Assembly: GCA_947475545.1 (NCBI GenBank) | Contig: CANJLL010000001.1 | Span: 618,157 to 682,156 of the forward strand | Direction: 5' to 3' | Origin: Chloroflexota bacterium | GTDB taxonomy: Bacteria; Chloroflexota; Limnocylindria; Limnocylindrales; CSP1-4 | Length of the DNA stretch: 64,000 nucleotides | In this document: in pieces, positions 19,407 to 28,249 of the stretch | Layout: each line of letters begins with the position of its first letter | Position numbering within the stretch: position 1 is the stretch's first letter | The notes under the pieces: model-generated | What the model saw: only the letters and a program-made list of their open reading frames with translations | Told to the model about the DNA's origin: nothing | Databases searched by the model: none | Translations under genes and position numbers: made by a program

Positions 19407-20425
19407 GATCGGCCCGCCGTGGCGTCCGGGGCCGGGCCTCGGCCCAGCGCAGCCGTGCGGGCCCGCGGGTGAGCGGCGCGATAGGCATCCTGCAGGCGCG
19501 CCGGCGAGACGTGGGTGTAGATCTGCGTCGTGGCGAGATTCTCGTGGCCCAGCAGCTCCTGGACCACCCGCAGGTCCGCGCCACCGTCGAGGAGGTGCGT
19601 GGCGAAAGAGTGGCGCAGCGTGTGCGGCGAGACGCCCTCCGGCAGGCCCGCAAGGCGGCACAGGCGGTCCAGTCGGAAGCGGAGCCCCCGGACACCGAGC
19701 GGGGCGCCGAGGTGGTTCAGGAAGACCTCCGTTGGCTCAGCCGTGGCCCCCCCGGCCAATGCCAGCAGGACGGGACGACCGTCGTCGAGGTACTCGCGGA
19801 GGGCGCGCCGGGCTGGCCGGCCCAACAGCCCGATCCGCTCCTTCCGGCCCTTGCCCACCACCCGCAGCTCGCCGCGACGCAGGTCCAGCCAACCCAGCTG
19901 GGCCGCCGCCAGCTCGCTGATGCGCAGGCCCGCGGCGTATGCCACTTCGACCAGCGCCCGGTCCCGCAGCGCGATCGCCCTGAGGCGCTCGGGACGACGG
20001 CCAGGGCGAGCCGGGTCCACGATGGCGGCAGCCGCCAGGTCATCCTCCACGGCGGCCAGGAGCCGCTCGACCTGTTCGACCTCCAGGACGCGCGGCAGGC
20101 GGGCCGGGAGACGAGGCGTCGCGATGGCGCTCCACGGGTTGGCCTCGGCGAGTCCGGCCCGGCCGGCGAAGCGGTAGAAGGATCGAACGGCGGCGAGCCG
20201 CTGGGCGACGGTGGTGCGCGCGCCCGTCTCGCCCAGGTGGGCCAGGTAGTCCCGCAGGTCCACGCGAGGGGGACGGCGCCAGTCCAGGCCGCGCTCGTTC
20301 AGCCAGGCGAGATAGGCCCTGACGGCGGTCGCATAGGCCCGCTGCGTGTGAGGCGACGTGTCGCGCGCGGCGAGAATCTCAAGGAACCGCGCGAGCGCGG
20401 CGTTGGCGTCCGACGCCGGGCTCAC
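19403..20425 (-). CDS. xerC: Tyrosine site-specific recombinase of XerC/XerD type. The GTG start overlaps the topA stop.
   Basis: An N-terminal SAM-like core-binding domain (TQRAYATAVRAYLAWL) and a catalytic domain carrying the R..HxxR..Y motif (HTLRHSFATHLL...LLGHENLATTQIYTHV). Confidence 0.8.
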   Translation of the reverse strand: MSPASDANAALARFLEILAARDTSPHTQRAYATAVRAYLAWLNERGLDWRRPPRVDLRDYLAHLGETGARTTVAQRLAAVRSFYRFAGRAGLAEANPWSAIATPRLPARLPRVLEVEQVERLLAAVEDDLAAAAIVDPARPGRRPERLRAIALRDRALVEVAYAAGLRISELAAAQLGWLDLRRGELRVVGKGRKERIGLLGRPARRALREYLDDGRPVLLALAGGATAEPTEVFLNHLGAPLGVRGLRFRLDRLCRLAGLPEGVSPHTLRHSFATHLLDGGADLRVVQELLGHENLATTQIYTHVSPARLQDAYRAAHPRARTAALGRGPAPDATAGRS

Positions 20426-22851
20426 GCCTCCGGAGCGCTCTCTTTGGGTGACGTGCGCCGGGCCGCCGGCCGCGCCGCGCTCCGGGTTGCCGTGGTCCGC
20501 GGGCGCGTGGCTCGGGCTGCGCCGGCAGCCGCCGTGCCGGCGCGCCGCGCGGCCCGCGGCGCGGCCAGGATTGATGGGTTGGGCTCGCCGCCGGGCAGCC
20601 GCGTGCCAACCCACTCGTCGTCAGGCGGCGGCGTGATCGCGGCGCCGCACTTCAGGCAGATGGGATCCTCGCCCTTGCGCGCCACGAGGCCGTCGTCCAC
20701 GTCGTGGACTGCGCCGAGCGGCTCGAAGTTGGAGGTGTAGTCGCACTTGGGATACGCCGAGCATCCCCAGAAGACATTGCCGGTCCGCCGGGCGCGACGC
20801 GCGACCAGGTGGCCGTCACCGTTCCTCGGGCAGGACACGACGAACGGGAGCTGGGGCGGCGGCGGGGGGCCATCCTTCTTGATGAACTTGCACTCCGGGT
20901 AGCGCGAGCAGCCAACGAACGGGCCGAACCGGCCTCGCTTGGACGTCAGCACGCCCTCGCCGCACTCGGGGCACGCCTCGCCGGTCCCGGGCAACGCGGG
21001 CTGCTCCTCGCCCGGCAGCGGACGCGACTCCTTGTGCTCGGGGAAGAGCGAGCAGGCGAGGAAGCGGCCGTTCCGGCCCAGCCGGATGACCATGGGGTGG
21101 CCCTCCGAGCAGACCTCGTCCGTCTCCTCGGTCGATCGATGGGTTGACTTCTTCTTCTCGGCGACACGCTCCGCGAGCGGATCGTAGAAGGCGCGGAGGA
21201 ATGGCACCCAGGGGCGCTCGCCGCCCGCGACCTCGTCGAGCTCCTCCTCCATCCGGGCCGTGAAGGCCAGGTCGACGTACTCGCCGAAGTGCTCGACCAG
21301 CCAGCCCGTGACGATGACGCCGATCTCCTCCGGCCGGAGGCGGCGCTCCTCGACCCGGACGTAGCCGCGATCGAGGATCGTGGAGATGGTGGCGGCATAC
21401 GTGGATGGCCGGCCGATCCCGCGCTCCTCGAGCGCCTTGATCAGCGTCGCCTCCGTGTAGCGCGGCGGCGGCTCGGTGAAGTGCTGGGTGGGCGTGACCG
21501 CCAGGACATCGGTGGCATCGCCCGCGACCAGCGCCGGCAGGCGACCCTCCTCGTCCTCGGCCGCCTCGTCGTCGCGCCCTTCCGTGTAGACGCGGCTGAA
21601 GCCGTCGAACAGCGTCTTGGAGGCGGTGGCTCGCAGGAGATAGCGGCCCGCGTCCAGCTCCGCGGTGTTGGTCTCCAGCTCCTTGGGGGCCATCTGCGAC
21701 GCGATGGCGCGCTGCCAGATCAGGCGATACAGGCGCAACTCATCAGTCTTGAGGGCGCCGACCAGCGAATCCGGGTCCCGTTCGAAGCTGGTGGGCCGGA
21801 CCGATTCGTGGGCCTCCTGGGCGCCCTTGGCCTTGGTCTTGAAGACCCGCCCCTTGGGCATCGTGTAGGGAGCGCCGTAGCGCCGCGCGATGACGTCACG
21901 GGCTTCCCCCATGGCCACCGCGGCCATCGCGGTGGAGTCCGTTCGCATGTAGGTGATCAGGCCGACCTGGCCGTCCGGCGTCTCGACGCCCTCGTACAGC
22001 CGCTGCGCGACGGACATGGTCCGCTTGGGGCTGAAGCCCAGCTTGCGACTGGCCTCCTGCTGCAGGGTGGACGTGGTGAAGGGCGCCGCCGGGTTCCGCT
22101 TGCTGGTCCGCGTGCCGATGGAGGCCACGACCGGACGGATGCCGGCGAGGGCCTCGGCGTGCACAGCGGCCGTCTCACCGTCGGACACGTCGACGGCGGC
22201 GCCGTCGATTCGCACGACCTCAGCGTCGAACTGGTCGCCGGCCGCCGTGGCGAGGCGCGCGGCGAGGCTCCAGTACTCGCGGGCCGTGAACGCATCCACC
22301 TCGCGCTCGCGCTCCACCACGAGGCGCACGGCGACGGACTGGACCCGCCCCGCGGAGAGGCCGCTTCGGACCTTGCGCGACAGGAGCGGGCTGAGGGTGT
22401 AGCCGACGAGCCGGTCTACGATCCGCCGCGCCTGCTGGGCGTCCACCAGGTTCATGTCGATCTGGCGTGGGTGGGCGAAGGCCTCGCGGATGGCGCCGGC
22501 CGTGATCTCGCTGAAGGTGACCCGCTGCGTCTTGGCCGCCGGCACGTTGGCCGCCTCGGCGACGTGCCAGGCGATGGCCTCGCCTTCACGGTCAAGGTCT
22601 GTCGCGAGGATGACGATATCGGCGCTGCGCGCAGCCTTGGAGATGGCGTCGACCTGCTTGCGTCGGTCGTCCGAGACGACGTAGTCGGGCGCGAAGTCGT
22701 TGTCCACGTCCACGCCGAACTTCCCCTTGCCGGGGTTCTCGGGCAGGTCACGGACGTGGCCATATGAGGCCAGGACACGGTAGTCGTCGCCGAGGTAGCG
22801 CTCGATCGTCCGCGCCTTGGCCGGCGACTCGACGATCACCAGGTGCTTCGG
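20422..22851 (-). CDS. topA: DNA topoisomerase I with C-terminal tandem Zn-ribbon domains and a basic tail. The start is trimmed to MPKHLVIVESPAKA.
   Basis: A Toprim domain (IVESPAKARTIERYLG...LATDLDREGEAIAWH), the catalytic Tyr region, and C-terminal CxxC...CxxC repeats. Confidence 0.95.
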   Translation of the reverse strand, partial: PKHLVIVESPAKARTIERYLGDDYRVLASYGHVRDLPENPGKGKFGVDVDNDFAPDYVVSDDRRKQVDAISKAARSADIVILATDLDREGEAIAWHVAEAANVPAAKTQRVTFSEITAGAIREAFAHPRQIDMNLVDAQQARRIVDRLVGYTLSPLLSRKVRSGLSAGRVQSVAVRLVVEREREVDAFTAREYWSLAARLATAAGDQFDAEVVRIDGAAVDVSDGETAAVHAEALAGIRPVVASIGTRTSKRNPAAPFTTSTLQQEASRKLGFSPKRTMSVAQRLYEGVETPDGQVGLITYMRTDSTAMAAVAMGEARDVIARRYGAPYTMPKGRVFKTKAKGAQEAHESVRPTSFERDPDSLVGALKTDELRLYRLIWQRAIASQMAPKELETNTAELDAGRYLLRATASKTLFDGFSRVYTEGRDDEAAEDEEGRLPALVAGDATDVLAVTPTQHFTEPPPRYTEATLIKALEERGIGRPSTYAATISTILDRGYVRVEERRLRPEEIGVIVTGWLVEHFGEYVDLAFTARMEEELDEVAGGERPWVPFLRAFYDPLAERVAEKKKSTHRSTEETDEVCSEGHPMVIRLGRNGRFLACSLFPEHKESRPLPGEEQPALPGTGEACPECGEGVLTSKRGRFGPFVGCSRYPECKFIKKDGPPPPPQLPFVVSCPRNGDGHLVARRARRTGNVFWGCSAYPKCDYTSNFEPLGAVHDVDDGLVARKGEDPICLKCGAAITPPPDDEWVGTRLPGGEPNPSILAAPRAARRAGTAAAGAARATRPRTTATRSAARPAARRTSPKESAPEA

Positions 22852-22987
22852 CATTTCGGGCCGGAGTGTAGCACCGCCTCCTTCGTCCGCCCTTATCCGG
22901 ACGTGGAGTCCGCCCGGCGGCGGCGCCCTCGCGCGCACCCGCGCCCAGGCGCGGGGGAACGGCGATCGGCCGGCCGGCGCCGCCCGC

Positions 22988-23344
22988 TCAGACGTCCCGG
23001 ACGCGGCGGAGCAGCTCCTCGTTGATCTCCAGCTCCGCCTCGGGCTCGGGCTCGGGCTGCCGTGGCGCGGCCTTGCGACCGCCCCCACGCGCCGCGGGCT
23101 TCTCCTGGCGCCCGGCTGAGAGCGCCGCGGCGCCTTCCGAATCCCGGTGGACCTCGATGAACCGAATCAGCGTGTACGGGAAGTAGAAGATGGATTCCGC
23201 GTCGTCAATCCAGATGGGCCGCTTGCCATTCAGCTGCCGCAGGTTGGTACAGACCAGGATCGAATCCCCCGGCGTCGGACGATCAAGGATGTCGGCCAGC
23301 AAGGGCTGCTCGTTGACGATGTGCAGGACGGCGTCGCGGATCAC
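22988..23344 (-). CDS. Hypothetical conserved small protein of 118 aa.
   Basis: A clean ORF between topA and the CAP gene with protein-like composition (LVCTNLRQLNGKRPIWIDDAESIFYFPYTLIRFIEV). No family recognised. Confidence 0.4.
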   Translation of the reverse strand: MIRDAVLHIVNEQPLLADILDRPTPGDSILVCTNLRQLNGKRPIWIDDAESIFYFPYTLIRFIEVHRDSEGAAALSAGRQEKPAARGGGRKAAPRQPEPEPEAELEINEELLRRVRDV

Positions 23345-23388
23345 GGGCAGGGCGCCTCAGCGGTCTTGGGTCGATGGGCCAGCATGGC

Positions 23389-25029
23389 TCAGAGCGGATG
23401 GTAGAAGTCGATGACCAGCCTGACACGGCCGGCCGTGACCCAGACGGCCAGGCCCACCCGGTCGTACTTGGGATTCATCATGTTGACGTAGTGGCCGCCG
23501 CCGGTCGACCGCTCGCTCTGGAAGAACAGGTGCGTGTTGAGCATCGACCAGTACGGGTCGACGCCGTTCTGGCAGCCCAGGTTCTCGGCCCAGACATAGC
23601 TCGTGTAGCCCGCTGCGGCCAGCCGGTTGCCGGGGTTGCCGTTGATGAAGTGGCTGCACAGGTCGTTGTCCGACAGGTACCTGGCGTATGGCCGGCTCAC
23701 GGTCGACGAGATCCCGCCGTCGATCCAGAGCGGCGCCGTGGCGTTGCTGCCGCCGCCGGCACAACTCCCGTCGCCCTGGACCCAGCCGCCGGTCCGCGTG
23801 CAGTTCATCAGCGTGAGGTAATACGCCTCGACCGCGGCCCAGGCTCCCGCCCCGACCGCGCCGCCGCCCGTCCCCGGAGGCGGCGTCGGCGCCTTCGTGG
23901 CCGGGTTGGCGATGGTCGTGAACGTGCCAGAGACCGCCGAGCCCAGCGCCACGCCGGCCTTCGACGCGGCGTCGGGCCCCACGGTCATCACCACGGCCTG
24001 GCCGTAGCCGAAGGCGCTGGCGGGCTGGAAGACCAGCACGGTGTCGCCTTCGGCAAAGCTGACCTTGCCCGACACTGGCGCATCACCCGCGGTCACCAGC
24101 CAGCCGGCCGCGGTCGACGCCTGGTCCATCGCCTCGGTGAACCGGACCGAGAGCGCCTGGACGAGCGCGACGTCCTTCGTGCCCGTCTGGGGACGGAAGC
24201 GGACGACGCCCGGCCGGTCGGCCGTCTGCACGACGAGTGGCGCCTCCAGGGAGACGGCCCCGTTGTCGGCATCCCGCGCGCCCGGGCCCAGGTCGAACGT
24301 ATACGACGTGTTGGGGACGAGCGGGTCGTCCGGGGTGAACCGGTAATGCACCTGGCCGTCCGCGCCGTCCTCGCGTCGGAGGCTGCCACTCACCGGCGGG
24401 TCACTGGTCATGTGGACTGTCCGATCGTCGACCGGGCGGTCGAACTGGACCAGGATGTCGGTGCCCGGTGCCACCTTCTTCCCGAGCAGGGTCCCGGCCG
24501 AGAGCGTGGCACGCGTCGCGGGCCTGGTCTGGAAGGTGGCCCAGATGGGATCCGCGGTGGGGCGGCCGGATGCCAGCAGGGCGCCAGCCTCGATGGTGAC
24601 CGTGGTCTGTGTGCCAGGCGCCCACGCCTCGCGCGGACGGACGACCAGCTCCGTGCCGTCCGGCGCCCAGGTGAGGTCGACCGGGGTGGGCGGCTCGACG
24701 AAAAGGAGCGCCGCGACGCTGCGCGGGTCCATGGGAGCACCGAAGTGCAGGGTGATCGGCGACACGGGCGAGTCCCCCGTCTCCACGGTCGTGGCCCGCA
24801 CCGGGTCCAGGCGCGGAGTGGAAGCCTGGGTGGTCTCGGCTGGCGACGATCCCCGGGCCGTGCCGTCGTCCCGCGCCGACGCCTGGAGCAGCGCGGCACC
24901 GGCAACCCCGACCAGCGCAGCCAGCGCGACCACCGCGACGCGGAATCCGACCGACCGGCGGAGCCCGACCGCGAGGTAGACGAAGACCACGACCGGGAGC
25001 GCGAGCAGCGCGGTGGCGATCTTTCGCAA
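23389..25029 (-). CDS. Secreted or membrane-anchored protein with Ig-like (BIG-type) repeats and a C-terminal CAP/SCP/PR-1 domain.
   Basis: N-terminal TM/signal sequence, repeated beta-rich segments, and the CAP signature GGHYVNMMNPKYDRVGLAV...LVIDFY at the C-terminus. Confidence 0.65.
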   Translation of the reverse strand: MRKIATALLALPVVVFVYLAVGLRRSVGFRVAVVALAALVGVAGAALLQASARDDGTARGSSPAETTQASTPRLDPVRATTVETGDSPVSPITLHFGAPMDPRSVAALLFVEPPTPVDLTWAPDGTELVVRPREAWAPGTQTTVTIEAGALLASGRPTADPIWATFQTRPATRATLSAGTLLGKKVAPGTDILVQFDRPVDDRTVHMTSDPPVSGSLRREDGADGQVHYRFTPDDPLVPNTSYTFDLGPGARDADNGAVSLEAPLVVQTADRPGVVRFRPQTGTKDVALVQALSVRFTEAMDQASTAAGWLVTAGDAPVSGKVSFAEGDTVLVFQPASAFGYGQAVVMTVGPDAASKAGVALGSAVSGTFTTIANPATKAPTPPPGTGGGAVGAGAWAAVEAYYLTLMNCTRTGGWVQGDGSCAGGGSNATAPLWIDGGISSTVSRPYARYLSDNDLCSHFINGNPGNRLAAAGYTSYVWAENLGCQNGVDPYWSMLNTHLFFQSERSTGGGHYVNMMNPKYDRVGLAVWVTAGRVRLVIDFYHPL

Positions 25030-25159
25030 GCAAGGTCTCCGGGTTGGCGCGCCCTGGAATCGGCAGGGATGGATCTCTGCGACCGGTGGGCGCCCGGACG
25101 TCGGAACGTCACGGTAGCACCGGCCCGTTCAGGCTGGCAACCGAGCGATCTCCACTGGC

Positions 25160-26602
25160 CTATCCGTCCGGGTTGCGCGGTCCGGCCGGCGGTCCGGCCG
25201 AAGCGATCGAGAGCGGCGAGGGCGCCCCGGACAGGACCCCGGCCGGGCGAAATCGGCCGTACGCACCAGTCACGAGCCCCCGGCCCTCGAGCAGGGTCAG
25301 CGTGCCGAGCACCGTCGCCACCGGCAGCCCGAGGTCGCCGACCAGCTGGTCAACCGTCGCCAAGCCGCGCATGAGCCCGTTTGCCACCTGACGCTCCACG
25401 GCTCCGAGGGCAGCCACCATCGCGCTGGAAGCCGGAGGCCGCGGTCGAGCCCGGACGCGGACGCGCGCCTCACCGCGTCGGGCCTGGGGTGCGACCTCGG
25501 TCTCGAGCAGGTCCAGGTCCTCGAGGAGTTGCGGGATCCCCGCGACGATCCGGGCCTCGCCGGAACACTCGCGCAGGAACGCGAGGCAGCCCGCGGACAT
25601 CGGCGCGTCGATGGGTCCGGGAACCAGGAAGCAGCCTCGGCCCTGCTCCAGGGCCCAGGCGGCGGTGGTCAGGGCCCCGCTCCGCTCGGCCGCCTCGATC
25701 ACGACCGTAGCCTCAGCGAGGCCACTGATCACACGGTTGCGACGTGGGAACGTCCCGGCCATGGGATGGACATCCGGGGCGAACTCGGAGACGACGGCCC
25801 CGCCGCTCCGGGCAATCTCATCGGCCAGTCGGGCGTGGGCCCTGGGGTAGAGCGATCCGTGGCCACCGCCGAGCACGGCGACCGTCCGGCCGCCCTCTGC
25901 CACCACCGCCGCGTGGGCGGCACCGTCCACCCCGATGGCAAGCCCGGAGATGACACAGGCACCCTCCCGGGCGATGGCCGCCCCAATCTGGGCGGCAAGC
26001 CGCCTGCCGCTGTCCGTGGGCCGCCGAGTCCCGACGACGGCCACGGCACGAAGCATGTCCATCGCGGCCGGGTCCCCCTTGACGAACAGCGCGTGGGGCG
26101 GGAGGGCGATCTGGCGGAGCCGGGCCGGGTAGGCGGCATCCGCCAGCGTGACCACCGACAGCTCGGCCCGACGGATCCGGTCCAGGATACGGTCGGCGGC
26201 ACCGGCGGCCTCGACGACGCGGCCCGCCACCCCGGCCGACAGGCCCCCGCCCCGCTCGGGATCCCGCCCCGCCTGGGCGAGGAGTTGCTCCGCGCGCGGA
26301 CCTGCCGCCACCCTGAGCGTCGCCGCAGCGCCGCCGAGCGCATCGAGCAGGCGGCCAAGCGTCGCCGGGCCGAGGCCATCGACGCTCACGAGGATCGCGA
26401 GCGCGTCCCGCTCGGCCCCGTCGGCCGCCACCGCCGCTGCGCCGGCCGACGCGCCTCCGCCGCCATCGCGATTGATCCCGCGGTCGACCGCGATCCCGTC
26501 CCAGGACGACGCCGGGCCCGGGCCGGGACCCACCGCCATCTCCGGCCGACCGGGCCCATCCACGTCGCGGCCCAGCGGCCCGAATCGTCCGATTCCGAGC
26601 AT
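25160..26602 (-). CDS. dprA: DNA-processing protein DprA (Smf). The start is placed at MLGIGRF, 2 nt after the comM stop.
   Basis: Rossmann-like DprA core GTRRPTDSGRRLA...SGLAIGVDGAAHAAVVAEGGRTVAVLGGG...RNRVISGLAEATVVIEAAERSGAL, plus a C-terminal winged-helix extension. Confidence 0.85.
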   Translation of the reverse strand: MLGIGRFGPLGRDVDGPGRPEMAVGPGPGPASSWDGIAVDRGINRDGGGGASAGAAAVAADGAERDALAILVSVDGLGPATLGRLLDALGGAAATLRVAAGPRAEQLLAQAGRDPERGGGLSAGVAGRVVEAAGAADRILDRIRRAELSVVTLADAAYPARLRQIALPPHALFVKGDPAAMDMLRAVAVVGTRRPTDSGRRLAAQIGAAIAREGACVISGLAIGVDGAAHAAVVAEGGRTVAVLGGGHGSLYPRAHARLADEIARSGGAVVSEFAPDVHPMAGTFPRRNRVISGLAEATVVIEAAERSGALTTAAWALEQGRGCFLVPGPIDAPMSAGCLAFLRECSGEARIVAGIPQLLEDLDLLETEVAPQARRGEARVRVRARPRPPASSAMVAALGAVERQVANGLMRGLATVDQLVGDLGLPVATVLGTLTLLEGRGLVTGAYGRFRPAGVLSGAPSPLSIASAGPPAGPRNPDG

Positions 26603-26604
26603 GG

Positions 26605-28167
26605 TCAGACCGCCAGCGCTGCGTGTGCCGATCCGATCGGCGAGCGGAACCGGGCGGCCTCGTCCAGGTGGGCCGACTCCACGGCCTCCGCGCCGGCGAG
26701 GTCTGCGATGGTCCGGGCCACGCGCAGCAGCCGCTCCGTCCCGCGCCCCGACAGGCGTTCCCGATCGGCCAGCGCGACCAGCCGCGCCTCCGCCGCGGGC
26801 GTGAGCCTGCATGCGGCGCGCAGCGCTCGGCCGCTGACTCGAGCATTGAGCCGACCGGGTGGGCGCCCGAGCTGCCGCTCACGCGCCGCGGCAATCCGGG
26901 CAGCCACCACGGCAGATCCCTCCGGCTCGCCGGCGGCCACCAACGCCGCCGCGGGCACCCTGGGCATCTGGACCCAGATATCGATCCGGTCTCGCAGCGG
27001 CCCCGAGATCCGGCCCAGGTACCGTTCCGGGACGCCCGGCCGACAGGCACACAGCCCGCTGCCGGTCCCGGCCTGGCCACACGGGCATGGGTTCATCGCG
27101 GCGACCAGCTGGAACCGGGCCGGGAAGACGGTTGCGCGGCCAACCCGGGCCACCTCGACCCGCCCCTCCTCGATCGGCTGGCGAAGCGCCTCCAGCACGT
27201 CGCGCGAGAACTCCGGCAGCTCGTCGAGGAAGAGGCAGCCGTCGTTGGCCAGCGTCACTTCCCCAGGCGAAAGCCGTGGCCCCCCGCCGACCATGGCCGC
27301 ATAGGACGCGGTGTGGTGCGGAGCCCGAAATGGCGCACTCCGGACCAGCCTGGTCACCGGCCCGCCGCCCGCCACCGACGCCACGATGGTTGCTTCCAGC
27401 GCCTCCTCGTCGCCGAGGGGCGGCAGGAGGCCGGGGATGGTCCGAGCCAGCAGGGTCTTGCCGGAGCCAGGCGGCCCGATCATGAGCAGCGCGTGGCCGC
27501 CAGCGAGGGCCACCTCCAGCGCGCGACGCGCCTCCAGCTGGCCGCGCACTTCTGCGAGGTCCACCCGATCGGCGGCCGACGGACCCGTGCCGAGATCCTG
27601 ACCGAGGGGCGATGCCGGGAGTTGAATGCGAGGCAGTACGGCCGCGAATCCGCGCCGGGGCCTGGCCCGAACGAGTCCCACGGCCTCTGCCAGCGTCTCC
27701 ACGCCGTACACCTGTAGCCCAGCGACCAGGGACGCCTCGGCGGCCCCCTCGGCCGCCACGACAAGCTGGCGCACGCCCCGCCGCGCCAGCGCCCGCGCCA
27801 TGGGAAGCAGGCCGGGCACGTGCCTGACCTCCCCGCCGAGCGAGAGCTCCCCGACCAGGGCCGGCCGGAGCGGGCCCGGCCGGAGCTGCTCCGAGCCGAG
27901 CAGGATCCCCACGGCAATCGCCAGGTCCAGGGACGCCCCGGCCTTGCGCATGTCCGCCGGCGCCAGGTTCACCGTGATGCGCCGGGGCGGATGCACAAAC
28001 CCGGCGTTCCGGAGCGCTCCGCGGACTCGCTCACGTGCCTCGAGCAGCGCCGTGTCCGCGAGGCCGACGATGGTGAAGCCCGGCAGACCCGGGGCCACGT
28101 CCACCTCGACCCGGATCACCCGGCCATCGAGCCCGTTGACGGTGGCGGAGAGCAGCGTTGCTAGCAT
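26605..28167 (-). CDS. comM: YifB/ComM-family Mg-chelatase-like AAA+ ATPase.
   Basis: An N-terminal Lon-like domain (RVIRVEVDVAPGLPGFTIVGLADTALLEARERV), then AAA+ Walker A/B (MIGPPGSGKT; LFLDELPEF). The yifB–dprA adjacency is conserved in many high-GC Gram-positives. Confidence 0.9.
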   Translation of the reverse strand: MLATLLSATVNGLDGRVIRVEVDVAPGLPGFTIVGLADTALLEARERVRGALRNAGFVHPPRRITVNLAPADMRKAGASLDLAIAVGILLGSEQLRPGPLRPALVGELSLGGEVRHVPGLLPMARALARRGVRQLVVAAEGAAEASLVAGLQVYGVETLAEAVGLVRARPRRGFAAVLPRIQLPASPLGQDLGTGPSAADRVDLAEVRGQLEARRALEVALAGGHALLMIGPPGSGKTLLARTIPGLLPPLGDEEALEATIVASVAGGGPVTRLVRSAPFRAPHHTASYAAMVGGGPRLSPGEVTLANDGCLFLDELPEFSRDVLEALRQPIEEGRVEVARVGRATVFPARFQLVAAMNPCPCGQAGTGSGLCACRPGVPERYLGRISGPLRDRIDIWVQMPRVPAAALVAAGEPEGSAVVAARIAAARERQLGRPPGRLNARVSGRALRAACRLTPAAEARLVALADRERLSGRGTERLLRVARTIADLAGAEAVESAHLDEAARFRSPIGSAHAALAV

Positions 28168-28249
28168 GCCGCAGACCCTACCGGCGAGCGATCACCGGGG
28201 ACTTACCTGGGCACCTCGACGGCCCGCAGGGCGCCGGCTGGCTGCCGGT

